A stretch of DNA of 63,952 nucleotides, counting the filler, from Thraustochytrium aureum (Eukaryota), in assembly GCA_012862495.1 (NCBI GenBank). It is 6 parts of 4 records of this genome, joined end to end, with 100 filler letters (N's around TTAATTAATTAA, not from the genome) between each part and the next. Parts side by side here need not be neighbours in the genome. Positions count along the whole stretch, not along the records: positions 18,980 to 37,213 come from BLSG01000402.1; positions 37,314 to 43,322 come from BLSG01000402.1; positions 43,423 to 61,189 come from BLSG01000402.1; 3 more parts are not named here. The stretch is one strand, 5' to 3'. This document shows, one piece after another, positions 33,884 to 45,509 of the stretch. The position numbers and the translations under genes were made by a program. The first letter of the stretch is position 1, and the number at the start of each line of letters is the position of its first letter. The notes beneath the pieces are model-generated. The model was not told where the DNA came from. It saw nothing but the letters and a program-made list of their open reading frames with translations, and searched no databases.

Positions 33884-36231
33884 TCTCAGCACCTAACTTG
33901 GCCTTTCGTCTCCTCTGTGTCGCGTCGTGGTCCTCCGTGCGCTCGTGCGTTCGGGATCTGACTGCCCGCCTCCTGCCACTCTCTGGCCTGTCGAGAGGGG
34001 AGAGGGGGTGTGTTGGTGAGTCGGATCTAGCTAGCTACAGCCCCGCCTGCGAGAGTCTTCTGCGAGAGTGGGCTGGGCGGCGCCGATCAGCATGGAGGAA
34101 AGAGAGAAGCGATTGACGCGGATTCGCAAAGGCCAGCGGTGCGATGGTTGCCAACTTGCCTGAAGCTCGCCTTCTTGCAGGACGGGAGATTGGGGTGGGG
34201 TGAGTGGGGCCTCATTGCTGGCCACGCGTTTGCGGCTTCTCTGGCGGTCTGGTGGTCCATTGGCCGGCTGCTCATTGTCTCTTCGCCGTCTCTTCTTTCG
34301 CGCAGCACGTGGTCGACTCCTCCTCCTCCTCCTCCTCCTCCCCCTTTGGGGTGCTTCTTGGTCTCGCGTTTATGGAAATCGATGAATGGCGCCTCGTTTC
34401 TGCTGGCCGCACTTCGGTGCATCTGCTGGACGGGTTTCTCCTCGCAGCCCGTCGCAGGGTTTGCGCAGGTCCCACGTGCGCCAGCCAGGCGCAACCGCGT
34501 CGGCTAGCCCGATTTCTCCAGCACCGCGCACGCTGACGCTCCGGCCGCTGCTCCGGCTCCAACATCCAACATGGCGGCCATCCTCACCAGAACAGCTCAC
34601 TCTCAAGGCACTGGAGATGCGCACGGTCAGAAGGTCAGAACGAAGAAGCGGCTGAAAAGTGCAAGCAGGGAGGAAGGAGCCTCCCTCGGTGAGAGCGGGC
34701 TGAGCAAGCAGAGTTCAGGAGCGGCAGGGGGGTTTGGCGCACCAGGGCCTCGACCCGACAACACGTTCAGCGCTGCTGCGCAGGTGGAGCAGCAGTTCCA
34801 GAAGCTCGGCAGATGAGCTCCGGACCTGTCACTTCAACTTCACAATCTGTTTCAAATTTCAAACCCGAGGAAAAATGGAAGTGCTTTCAATAAGCTCAAA
34901 GGTTGTCAAGCAGAACAGAACGAAAGGTTGTCATCCAGAAGGCTTTCAACCAGAACAGAAGGCTTTCAATCGGAATGTGCGGATGCCCTGCCTCCGTCTA
35001 TCATAGTATGCGTGCGGATGCCCTGCCTCCTTCTGTCCAGCATGCATGCACTTCATTGCTCATCGTCGTCGTTCTTGCAGGGAAGAATAAAAAACACTAA
35101 AAAATAAAAAAGGATGAAAAACCCTCGAAGAGAGCTGAACTCTGTGAGACCCAGCGGGGGTATATCCGAGTCTCTCTACAAGCACGCGGCATAACAGTTG
35201 GGACTCAAAATAAAANNNNNNNNNNNNNNNNNNNNNNNNNNNNNNNNNNNNNNNNNNNNNNNNNNNNNNNNNNNNNNNNNNNNNNNNNNNNNNNNNNNNN
35301 NNNNNNNNNNNNNNNNNNNNNNNNNNNNNNNNNNNNNNNNNNNNNNNNNNNNNNNNNNNNNNNNNNNNNNNNNNNNNNNNNNNNNNNNNNNNNNNNNNNN
35401 NNNNNNNNNNNNNNNNNNNNNNNNNNNNNNNNNNNNNNNNNNNNNNNNNNNNNNNNNNNNNNNNNNNNNNNNNNNNNNNNNNNNNNNNNNNNNNNNNNNN
35501 NNNNNNNNNNNNNNNNNNNNNNNNNNNNNNNNNNNNNNNNNNNNNNNNNNNNNNNNNNNNNNNNNNNNNNNNNNNNNNNNNNNNNNNNNNNNNNNNNNNN
35601 NNNNNNNNNNNNNNNNNNNNNNNNNNNNNNNNNNNNNNNNNNNNNNNNNNNCCTGCCTGCCTGCCTGCCTGCTGGCGTCGGGAGAGAGAGAGGAGAGAGA
35701 GAGAGTCCCACCGGTTCTTGTTGGAGTTGTTGGCTGGTCGGCTGGCCGGCCGTCCCGCTCGTTGCGGTGGGTCCCTCCGGCCGCCCTCACACGGTGGCTA
35801 GATGGGGAAAAATGGCGGAGCGGCGGGGGCCGGCGCGCCGTGTCCCCTAGCGCGAGGACCGGCTACGGAGCCGCTCCAGGCCGTACGGGACTCGCAAGCG
35901 GGTCCCGCGCCCGCGTTCGGGCGCGAGGTGGAGAAGGCCGATTGCGCCTCGGTCGCAAGCGCGGAGCGCCATATTGCCCGCGCCGACCAGCTGTTCTGCT
36001 TCCTCTCTGTGGGGAGAGAGGTTCGCTGAGGTTCGCTGAGGTTCGCTGAAGGTCAAGGAGTGGACGAACAAAGAGAACCGAACGTCGCAGAAGAACTGCA
36101 AGAACCACGGGGCGCGGCTGGGAAGAACTAAAGTACTCTGCTAAGGGAGGGTGATTCGGTAGATTTGATGGCCATGTCTCGTCCGCCTCGCGCTGGCGCT
36201 TGGCAGGCCTCTGGGCGGCACGCCGCAGCGC

Positions 36232-37213
36232 TCACGAGTCGTCCCCGCTCGAGAGGTCGAGCCCAGACGAGCCGCCTGCCTGCGCGTCAAAGTCCCCTTC
36301 TTTGAACATGCAGTGGCAGTACGGGCTCTGGCAGCAGACTTTTCGCAGCGACTGCGCGTGCTGCTCGAGCGAAAGTGGCAGCGGCCGTCATCGAAGGCCT
36401 CGCTCTGCAGGCAGCTGGTGCACTTGCTGTTGGCGCGCTCCGGCGCGGGGGTCCCGCGGTCGTTCGCCTTGACGTTCCAGCACTGCGCCTTCGAGGTGGC
36501 CTCCTTGTTCTGGCAGCCGAGCTTGAGGCCCTTGACCTGGCCGCACCAGGTGCACTTGTAGATATCGTCGCCCCTGCAGTCCCCGCGTTTGAATCGGTTG
36601 TTGCAGGGCGACGTGTAGCACCCAGGAAAGTTGTACCCGCGGACTTGGCGGTTCTGCTCCTTGGTGTACCAAACGCACCGCCCGCCGGTGTGCTGGATCG
36701 TGCAGCGCCCGTTGTTGATGCGGAAGCAGGGGTCGGCCATGCACCGCCCGCGGCTCACAGACGAGGTACCCGGCGGGTTGTTGTTGAACGCCTGGTGTCC
36801 GCGAACGAGGTCGTTAAACCACATGCACCCGTCCACCTCGACACAGTCAACAGCGCTCAGCTGCGAGCAGTCTTGGAACCGCAGCAGGCACTGGCCTTCC
36901 GACCAGTAGCAGGCGTTTGCGTTGTTTCTGTTGTTCGACGAGCCCTGGCACGCGTTTCTCGAGGTGAACTTGTCGCAAAAGTCGTTGTTGGTCACGTCGA
37001 TGCAAAGCCTGTTCTTGTACAGGCACCCGAATGTCTGCCTGCAGTTTGTCTCGTCGCCGTTCATCGTCGCGCAAGTCGACGCGGCAGACGAGTCGCCGTG
37101 CGTGCTCTCGTCCGGGGTCAAGTGCCCTGCGAAGAAGACATCGTTTGTGCACTGCGAAAGCCTGCTCGCGTGGTCTGCGTTGGCGATATCCGTGCAGATC
37201 TTGGCGACGCGCT
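36232..37213 (-). CDS. Cys-rich extracellular repeat protein, C-terminal fragment (5' end lost at contig join); probable frameshift near 36341
   Basis: Frame is open from the gap edge (RVAKICTDIANADH...). Repeated C-x-W-x(n)-C units (NACYWSEGQC, GCMWFND, RCVWYT, KCTWCG). One added A gives a Cys-rich end CEKVCCQSPYCHCMFK...DS-stop at 36232. Confidence 0.65.
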
Positions 37214-37313
37214 NNNNNNNNNNNNNNNNNNNNNNNNNNNNNNNNNNNNNNNNNNNNTTAATTAATTAANNNNNNNNNNNNNNNNNNNNNNNNNNNNNNN
37301 NNNNNNNNNNNNN
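37214..37313. other. Artificial contig-join spacer
   Basis: N44-TTAATTAATTAA-N44, 12-mer at 37258-37269. Confidence 0.97.
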
Positions 37314-39509
37314 GTTGTGAAATTGCACATCGGTGTGCGAAGGAAACCTCCCTGTGAGAATCGCCGCGCGAGTTGGGCTGCACACACTCGCACTCGCGTA
37401 GAAGGCCGTCATCACCGCGCCGCGCTCCATCAGCTTGTCGAATTTTGGGGTGTCCGGGAGGTGCTGCACCGGGACTCCAAGAGATTCATGTCGCGTATTG
37501 ACACCGCCGTACGCTGAGATGTCGCTGTATCCCATGTCGTCAGCGACGACGAGCAGGATTCCACGAAGCGCGCCGAGGCTCTTGCCATGCGCCGCAGACT
37601 TCTGTCCGTCGATAGGCTCCTTCTGGGCGGCCAGCCCGCGCACGCAACCTAGATGGGGCTCCACGCTGACACGACCTGCGGCTTTGCGGCCGGCTTCGAG
37701 CTGTTCAACTTTTGCCTTCCACTTTTCCAGCTTGGATGACAGCGAGCGCTCGATCGTGGCGATGTTGGTCGTCGCAGAGTCGTCTTCAAGGACTGCGCCA
37801 GCAATGTTGTCGCGCTCGAACAGCGCGCGGGAGACGTCATACAACTCGACGCGCGACCCGGGGGCCTCAAACAAGAGTTTGAAGTCCCCATCCAGCACAG
37901 AGAATCGAGGAGCCTCGTCCATGCAGTGGCCCGGGACACTCGCTCGCCACTCCCAAAACAGCGGCGTCGGACGGTCGAGCCTTTCGCAATCGCGCTTCAA
38001 CAGGCACTCTGAGGCGTCCACACCGTCCGCGTTCTTGACCAAAGCGCCGGCGATTGCCGCCAAGGTTGGGGCCAAGTCAACAGATGCCATCGAGGAAAGC
38101 AGCTTGCGGCGCGCACTCCTCCTGTTCACCAGTGAAAGCCCGGGACGCATGCCCACGTTCCGCTTTGATGGCGCGCCCGTCCACTGGTATCGGAACGGCA
38201 CCCGGATCCCGCCTTCGTAGAGTGACCGCTTTCCACCCCGAAACCGCGACCGCGCGCCCGAGTGACCGTCGACGTGCTCGCTCTCGCCCCCGTTCGTCGC
38301 TGTCCATCCAATAAAGCTGCTCCCCGCCGCGATCTGGCTCGCTGACACCAGCCTTGCCACCTCACTCATCTCATGGACGCGATTCGCAAGGTACACTTGC
38401 TTTGGGCATGTCTTGTACCGCGGCTCGTATGGGTCCCCACGCGCAAGATCTGGACAGGTGCCGCCTCGTTCCTCCGAAGGACCCTGGATGCCCGGGTTCC
38501 AAGAACTCTCGTCAAATGTCCCCCCAAAATTGAACGCGGCGTCGAGCCGGGGAAGAAATACAGTCATGAAGAGCGGCAAGTCATGCGCTGGCGCGCTGAT
38601 CAAATCCATGGCGGCATCGATCGCCTCCGCAAAGCTATCGGTAACGCGAGATTGGCTGGGAAGCCCTTCGGCACCCTCGAACGGCCAGACGCCAAAGTGC
38701 GCAGTTTGGTACCCTGCTTCCGCGAAAGCATCGTGGATCGTGGGCTCGCCGCCAAGGCTGGGCGCTGCCTGCGCGCCACCGAACACGCCGAGCTCGGAGG
38801 GAAACCGCCCCGTCAATGTGGCCGCCAAAGCCGGGACAACATCAGGGGCGGAGCTACGGAACACCTCGACATCGAGCGGGAGAAGACGCTCAAATTGCTT
38901 GCCGATTTCAGTCGCCCGAATGCTCTCGAGGTCGGCTTCGGTCATGTCCTGGACAACGATAAGGGCGACGAGGTTCGGGCGACCTGCGCCCCCGCCACGC
39001 GCCCGAGGCCACTGGCTCCCACTTGGCAGATAGTAGCCGCGACGAGCGCAGCCCTGGCGCGCCACGATGCCATTTTGCGCGCGCGGACGGGCAACCCCCA
39101 CCCCAGCGCTTCCGCCACCAGTCAAGCTCCCTCGTTTGAGCGTTGTGCGCCACGCCAGTCGCCGGTCGATTCTCGGTATGTTCGTTCTTGCCAACCCACC
39201 GCGCCAAAGCGTTTCGGCTTTGACCGCTGCACGCGCGATGGCCACGAGTGCGTCTGGACGACCCTGTCTCCACCTCTGAAGGATCCGATGCGAAACCAGC
39301 ATTCCGCTCTCATCCGCGTCAGTGTTCGTTGAAAAAATAAATAAAGGGGTTGAGCCAAGGAGGTTGAGCCACATTGACTCAAAGAGTATTCCGTTGCAGC
39401 GGGGGATTTGACCAACATTCCCGCTTGCAAGAACGATCGACTTGCTCGTGCAATTGCGTCTGGCGGCCAAAATCGCAACAGAACCAAGCTGCTCCTCTCG
39501 GTTATGCAC
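37314..39509 (-). CDS. Tandem sulfatase protein (S1 family): degenerate first domain followed by an intact second domain truncated at the contig join; start uncertain
   Basis: Domain 1: RPNLVALIVVQDM, TLTGRFP, AGYQTAHFGVW, FRGGKRSLYEGGIRVPF, SVDLAPTL, VELYDV. Domain 2: ILLVVADDMGYSD, TPKFDKL, CSPTRAAILTGRFP (CxPxR formylglycine motif). Confidence 0.85.
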
Positions 39510-41302
39510 CGACGACGAAGCAACGAGGGGTCCATTGGGTTATGTCGAGTCATGTCTCCTGACTCTTTCTTCCTTCGGACCAAACTAATGAGAGGTAAAA
39601 AGGGTCAAGTGCGTCTCGCTCTCCATCTTGTGTGAGGCGCACGACCGAACGCAGAAAGGTTTTATCAGCAAGGAGGTATCAGAACGACACCGCGGCAGCG
39701 ATGGCTGGCGCAAGGAGGTCGGAGAGAGGACACCAAGCAAGTCGGCTCGCCACGACAAGTGAAGCAGCCGATGGCTGATACAAGCCGGACACCTATGCCA
39801 CGCGTGCACTGTTTGTAGCCACATCCACCTTGGTAGCCTTGGCAACACATTTGCTGTCGAAATGCTTGTCGCCACTCAATCCAGTGCAAACCCGCTTCTT
39901 TCGTTCTTCACTTTTCCAGCTATCGGCTACTTGATCGCAGTGCCGTGGCGACTACGGCTGGCGAAGCTCGCAGTTTTNNNNNNNNNNNNNNNNNNNNNNN
40001 NNNNNNNNNNNNNNNNNNNNNNNNNNNNNNNNNNNNNNNNNNNNNNNNNNNNNNNNNNNNNNNNNNNNNNNNNNNNNNNNNNNNNNNNNNNNNNNNNNNN
40101 NNNNNNNNNNNNNNNNNNNNNNNNNNNNNNNNNNNNNNNNNNNNNNNNNNNNNNNNNNNNNNNNNNNNNNNNNNNNNNNNNNNNNNNNNNNNNNNNNNNN
40201 NNNNNNNNNNNNNNNNNNNNNNNNNNNNNNNNNNNNNNNNNNNNNNNNNNNNNNNNNNNNNNNNNNNNNNNNNNNNNNNNNNNNNNNNNNNNNNNNNNNN
40301 NNNNNNNNNNNNNNNNNNNNNNNNNNNNNNNNNNNNNNNNNNNNNNNNNNNNNNNNNNNNNNNNNNNNNNNNNNNNNNNNNNNNNNNNNNNNNNNNNNNN
40401 NNNNNNNNNNNNNNNNNNNNNNNNNNNNNNNNNNNNNNNNNNNNNNNNNNNNNNNNNNNNNNNNNNNNNNNNNTTAGCTAGTATCTGGGTCCTGCGTATT
40501 TCCTCTTTTCCCCCTCTGGCAGAGCGCACGTCGCCCTTTCAGTTTTCCAATTTTTGAATTGTTTTTCTCTCTGGAGAGCGAGCAGACTTGATTGAGACCA
40601 AAGAGCAAAAATGTGGCTTGCGCCTCCTCGCGATCCGTTGTTCCTTTAGCCGTCAATCGCATGGGAGCACAGCAGTGCAAATGTGGGCCTGTGCGCAACC
40701 AGCAGGAGCCAACCGCCGCTCCTGATGGAGGAAAAAGGCGGCGCAAGGCATGGAGCTGCAAGGGGCGACGGAGGTCTCGCGGCGCTATTTGATACGTGTC
40801 AGCAGTGTTTTCGAGCGTGCCGCCATGGCACTCGCTGTCGATCAATTGCCTCTCGCCCTATTGATGGAGCGCGAGCCGCAGAAACGCAAGCTCGCGTCGA
40901 GGCCCACCGCGCAGAGTGGCTTTCGGCCTCACCGGAGAGCACGTGAGCCGCGTGCCTTTCAATAGGCCTAGCGGAAGGCAAGGCCGGACAGCGGGCGCCA
41001 GCCCTGTGCCTACGCCCTGTCCCGCCGCCAATGCTGGGGAGAAGACCAAAAAAATCCAAAAAGTTGACCTTTGGAAATATGCGTTTGGAGTCCGAGACCA
41101 AGACCCCAAAAAAGCGCCGCTTCAAGCGCCTCGCACGCGCCAGTGCTGCCTCAGCAACACAAGCGCTCGCTGCTTTGCGCGGCGCGGCACCCCTCAGGCA
41201 GCAATCTCAGAGCAACTTGAAGCTGCCGCAAGTGGAAAGAAGCAGTGGGCCACGACGCTGCAGCATTGCTCGGGTCTCGTTCACTGAAGCGGCAGACATC
41301 GA

Positions 41303-42829
41303 ATGCTTGGCAGAACACCAACAAACAAGCGCAGGACGGCAGTCGCTGTTCAAGTGCCCGCTCGACGCGCATTGCCTGCCACCTCAACGAGCGCGCTGGC
41401 TCAAGTGTGCTCGGCGACAACAACATCAAGTAGCCAGACCACGCCAAGGACGCCAGACCACCAGCACGCAACGATGATGGCCGTAGATGGGCACGCCTTG
41501 GCCGAGCCATGGGCCCGAGATATCTCCTCTGACCCAAAGTCAAGCTCTTGCGCGCATCTCGACTTCGGGTTTGACTTTGGTCAACACGCCAACATACCAG
41601 GTTTCCCGCTCCCGGCGGCGGCGGCGGCGGCAAACCAGTGCAGCACACAGACGCAGACGCCACCCCGCTCCGACCGCGAGGCTGCCCAAGCGGCGCGGTC
41701 CAGCGTTTCTGCTCCGGCCTTCGACCACTACGTCGGCGCAGATCGCGTCCCAGACTTTGACACGTTCATGTACGATGACCGGTTGGACCGCACCGGCAGC
41801 TTTTGCCGCATCGAGAGCTTTCGCGGACGAAAGCATGGCGAGAGCACTCGCCGCCCTTCGTACCAGACGGGCGTTCTGGAGACAATCGGGAGCCGCTTCT
41901 TTGAGGACAGCAACATCAACATTGAGCAGATCGACGAGGTGAGCGGTTTCGACGACGAGGACGACGAGGAGGAGGACACTGCCAACCTCGAAGCGGTTGC
42001 CGCGGTCGCTGCGCAGACCCGTTTTCGGCACCCGCACCACCTGCAAGTGGAAGGCGCCACGGGTATGGGGCAGTTCCACACTGCCCAAGCCGCACGGCGG
42101 TTTGGTCGACCATCTGAGGTGGGTGGGCCACACGCGGCAGGAGCAAGTGGCGCTCCGCGCGCAGCGCGCGAGAGGAACCACGTAAACAGCTGGCTTATGG
42201 CGAGCAATGTGCATCAAGGCCTGATGGACGATGAAGACTGTTTCTCGCCAAGATCCAGTGGGACGTGGGGGCCAGCCAGGGTTTGCGAACCGCGCATGGA
42301 GGCCAGAGCGAGCGAAGAAAAGACTCGCCCATGCTCTGCTCCACTTGGCCAGTCTGTCCGCAAGGCGATCCTCAGCAACGATGCGCCCGCGGCTGCGCTC
42401 TCCTCCGAGCCGGCCATGAGCAAGCCTGTTTTTGCTGCCCTGCCGGCGTGTTCAGCACAGGCTCCAGTCGACAGCGCCGGCAGGTCGAGCAAGGCCAAAA
42501 ACAAGATGACCACTATTCGCACATCTGCGCTCAAGCCCAAGATCCTCGCTACAATGAAGAGCGAGGCCAAAGACGGCGCGGCAAAGGCGGACACGTCCTC
42601 GTTCCCGCTGAGCACGAAGAAGCGCCCCTTGACAAGCAAGTTCAAGGGCGTGTGCTGGTACAAGCGCACGAAGAAATGGGTCGTCCAGGTCAAGCTGCAA
42701 GGCGTTCGCGCCCACATAGGCTACTTTTCCGACGAGGTCGAGGCAGCTGCTGCGTACCAGAAGGCTATGGAGGAGATCCTCGACAAACTCAAGCAAAACG
42801 GCGGCGAGCTCCCTCCGGACGCCTTTTGA
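41303..42829 (+). CDS. AP2-domain transcription factor; true start uncertain, may extend upstream to ~41031 through a frameshift
   Basis: C-terminal SKFKGVCWYKRTKKWVVQVKLQGVRAHIGYFSDEVEAAAAYQKAM matches the AP2 fold; long acidic, low-complexity N-terminus. Confidence 0.82.
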   Translation: MLGRTPTNKRRTAVAVQVPARRALPATSTSALAQVCSATTTSSSQTTPRTPDHQHATMMAVDGHALAEPWARDISSDPKSSSCAHLDFGFDFGQHANIPGFPLPAAAAAANQCSTQTQTPPRSDREAAQAARSSVSAPAFDHYVGADRVPDFDTFMYDDRLDRTGSFCRIESFRGRKHGESTRRPSYQTGVLETIGSRFFEDSNINIEQIDEVSGFDDEDDEEEDTANLEAVAAVAAQTRFRHPHHLQVEGATGMGQFHTAQAARRFGRPSEVGGPHAAGASGAPRAARERNHVNSWLMASNVHQGLMDDEDCFSPRSSGTWGPARVCEPRMEARASEEKTRPCSAPLGQSVRKAILSNDAPAAALSSEPAMSKPVFAALPACSAQAPVDSAGRSSKAKNKMTTIRTSALKPKILATMKSEAKDGAAKADTSSFPLSTKKRPLTSKFKGVCWYKRTKKWVVQVKLQGVRAHIGYFSDEVEAAAAYQKAMEEILDKLKQNGGELPPDAF

Positions 42830-43322
42830 GCAGCGAAAGCCGCGAATAGCGCCGCTCGCCGCCAGTTCCCTCGCCAGAGGCGGCTGCCATGCGCCGCCCA
42901 GGGCTCTTGCTGGCGGACTGCCATGATCATGAATTATTTGGACAGAAACACGAAAATACGATAGAACTTGAATCGCGCACGATCTCGCTGCGGCTGCCAA
43001 CTGAGGAGGAAGGGGCTGCCGCGCGGCTGCCGCAGCTGTTCGCAGCCGTTCGCAGCCGTTCGCAGTGGTTTAGGGGCCAAGGAAAGAAAATATATCGGTC
43101 GTCGTTAATGGGAGCACCCTTCCCCCTTCAGAAGTGTCAGAGGGCTAAAGACTCGGACCAGCGAGCGTAGGGGCCCACTTGGGCGCCCGGAGAGGACCTC
43201 GAGAGAACCCTCTCAGAAGCGCAGCAATGCAAAGCCTCGGCGCTGCAAGCAGAAAGAGCAAGCTGCTTGCACTCATCTTGCCGTGCACGATCACTTGGCC
43301 ACCGACTCAGCGAGCGAAGGAA

Positions 43323-43422
43323 NNNNNNNNNNNNNNNNNNNNNNNNNNNNNNNNNNNNNNNNNNNNTTAATTAATTAANNNNNNNNNNNNNNNNNNNNNN
43401 NNNNNNNNNNNNNNNNNNNNNN
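43323..43422. other. Artificial contig-join spacer
   Basis: N44-TTAATTAATTAA-N44, 12-mer at 43367-43378. Confidence 0.97.
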
Positions 43423-45034
43423 TGCGCAAAAAGCCTTTCAGGCTGGCGTTGCGTTCAACGCCAAGCAGCCTCCCGACGACCTCGAGCGGGAGCGGCTCGC
43501 GGGCGACGGCCATGCTGCCGAGCAGCGCTTGGTACTTGTCATATTCGCCATTGAGCGGGCCCTCCAAAAAACGCAAAGCGTTGTTGCGGTACAGGTGGTC
43601 GAGGCCCTCCGGGAACGTGCCGCTGTCTTCGCGCAGCTGCTTGAGCGTCACTGTCTGAACGTCGCACTCTGCGAGCTGCTCGCCGAGGAAGCGCGCATAC
43701 AAAAACAGGCCCTTGGCCCGACCCGCGAGGAGCTCCACCGCAGGCGCCAGCTCCTCGCTGGGGTTTTGCAAGTACCGCTCGAGCGTGGCGCGCAGGAACC
43801 GCTTGACGTCCTCGGTGTTGTCAGTTTCGCCGAGATCAAAGACGCGCGGCTTGAACTGGCCGAGCGCGCTGCGGATCGGGTCCTCGGGTCGCGAGGAGAC
43901 CAACAGGGCGAGCCAGCTGGGCGCGTGCTTGATCCAATCATTCTTGATAATTCTTACCAGGGCGTCTTTCTCCGACGGAGTAACCTCGTCGAGCGCGTCC
44001 AAGACAACCACGACACTCTTCTTCGGCGCGGCNNNNNNNNNNNNNNNNNNNNNNNNNNNNNNNNNNNNNNNNNNNNNNNNNNNNNNNNNNNNNNNNNNNN
44101 NNNNNNNNNNNNNNNNNNNNNNNNNNNNNNNNNNNNNNNNNNNNNNNNNNNNNNNNNNNNNNNNNNNNNNNNNNNNNNNNNNNNNNNNNNNNNNNNNNNN
44201 NNNNNNNNNNNNNNNNNNNNNNNNNNNNNNNNNNNNNNNNNNNNNNNNNNNNNNNNNNNNNNNNNNNNNNNNNNNNNNNNNNNNNNNNNNNNNNNNNNNN
44301 NNNNNNNNNNNNNNNNNNNNNNNNNNNNNNNNNNNNNNNNNNNNNNNNNNNNNNNNNNNNNNNNNNNNNNNNNNNNNNNNNNNNNNNNNNNNNNNNNNNN
44401 NNNNNNNNNNNNNNNNNNNNNNNNNNNNNNNNNNNNNNNNNNNNNNNNNNNNNNNNNNNNNNNNNNNNNNNNNNNNNNNNNNNNNNNNNNNNNNNNNNNN
44501 NNNNNNNNNNNNNNNNNNNNNNNNNNNNNNNNNNNNNNNNNNNNNNNNNNNNNNNNNNNNNNNNNNNNNNNNNNNNNNNNNNNNNNNNNNNNNNNNNNNN
44601 NNNNNNNNNNNNNNNNNNNNNNNNNNNNNNNNNNNNNNNNNNNNNNNNNNNNNNNNNNNNNNNNNNNNNNNNNNNNNNNNNNNNNNNNNNNNNNNNNNNN
44701 NNNNNNNNNNNNNNNNNNNNNNNNNNNNNNNNNNNNNNNNNNNNNNNNNNNNNNNNNNNNNNNNNNNNNNNNNNNNNNNNNNNNNNNNNNNNNNNNNNNN
44801 NNNNNNNNNNNNNNNNNNNNNNNNNNNNNNNTCGGTATTGCCAGCAAGCGCGTTTTGGCGGTCGTACGAGACCTGCCAGCCTTTCTCGCGCTCCATCCAC
44901 GCCGCGGCCTCCTCCACAACCACCTTGGTCGACCGACCGAGGACGGTGGACTTGCATTCGTACGAGATCGCGATCTTCTTCGGGCGCGCCGCGGCGTGTC
45001 CCGCCTGCGTCCCTTCAGCGCCCGCGCACTCCAT
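43423..45034 (-). CDS. STAND NTPase (NACHT, NWD/HET-E-like) with putative N-terminal TIR-like domain; partial
   Basis: Walker B VVVVLDALDE, sensor LLVSSRPE, DVKRFL, RAKGLFLYARF, FPEGLDHLY and AVAREPLPL are NACHT plus winged-helix motifs. N-terminus KIAISY...KGWQVSYD resembles TIR betaA/betaB. Walker A would fall in the gap 44033-44831. Confidence 0.78.
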
Positions 45035-45111
45035 CCTGTCCCGCGTTTGGTGTCTCCTTCGCTTCGAACAGATCGCATTTGGATCAGGGACGCTCGGCCA
45101 AGAGCGCTCAC

Positions 45112-45430
45112 GTGCGCAGGCAGGCACGCGCGCAGGCAGGCAGGCGGGCAGGCAGGCGGGCGGGAGCTAGCTGGCTGGCTGGCTGGCTTGCAGCGTGACG
45201 CAAGGCGCAGCGCTGGGCGAGTCGCAGGGCGAGTCGCAGGGCGCACCCCGCAAGGCACATCACTCGCCGTGTCACTCGCCGCGTTACTCGCCGCGCGTTG
45301 CTAGGCGCATCGCAGGGCGCATTGCAAGGCGCACCTCTCGCCGCGTTCCTCGCCGCGGCGCAAGTCTCATCGCTCGCCGCGTCTGAAACCGCGTCACTCG
45401 CAGTGTCGCTCGCCGCGTCGCAAGTGTTCT
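45112..45430. repeat. Low-complexity intergenic repeats: (GCAG)n, (GCTG)n and imperfect ~12-nt units (GTCGCAGGGCGA, CACTCGCCGCGT)
   Basis: Directly visible between the divergent NACHT and BIRC6-like starts. Confidence 0.7.
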
Positions 45431-45509
45431 GCAAGTCGTATCGCGTGGCGCGCGGCCTATCCATCTGGCCGAGGCCCGGCGATTGGTGGGCACTGGCGCG
45501 GCGGGCGCG

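Noticed and set aside
36021..36049. GTTCGCTGAG x3 (and GTTCGCAGCC x3 near 43038)
   Set aside because: Short tandem slippage repeats with no supportable function.
45213..45430. CRISPR-like array
   Set aside because: Units are ~12 nt, imperfect and contiguous with no unique spacers; no cas genes; eukaryotic context.
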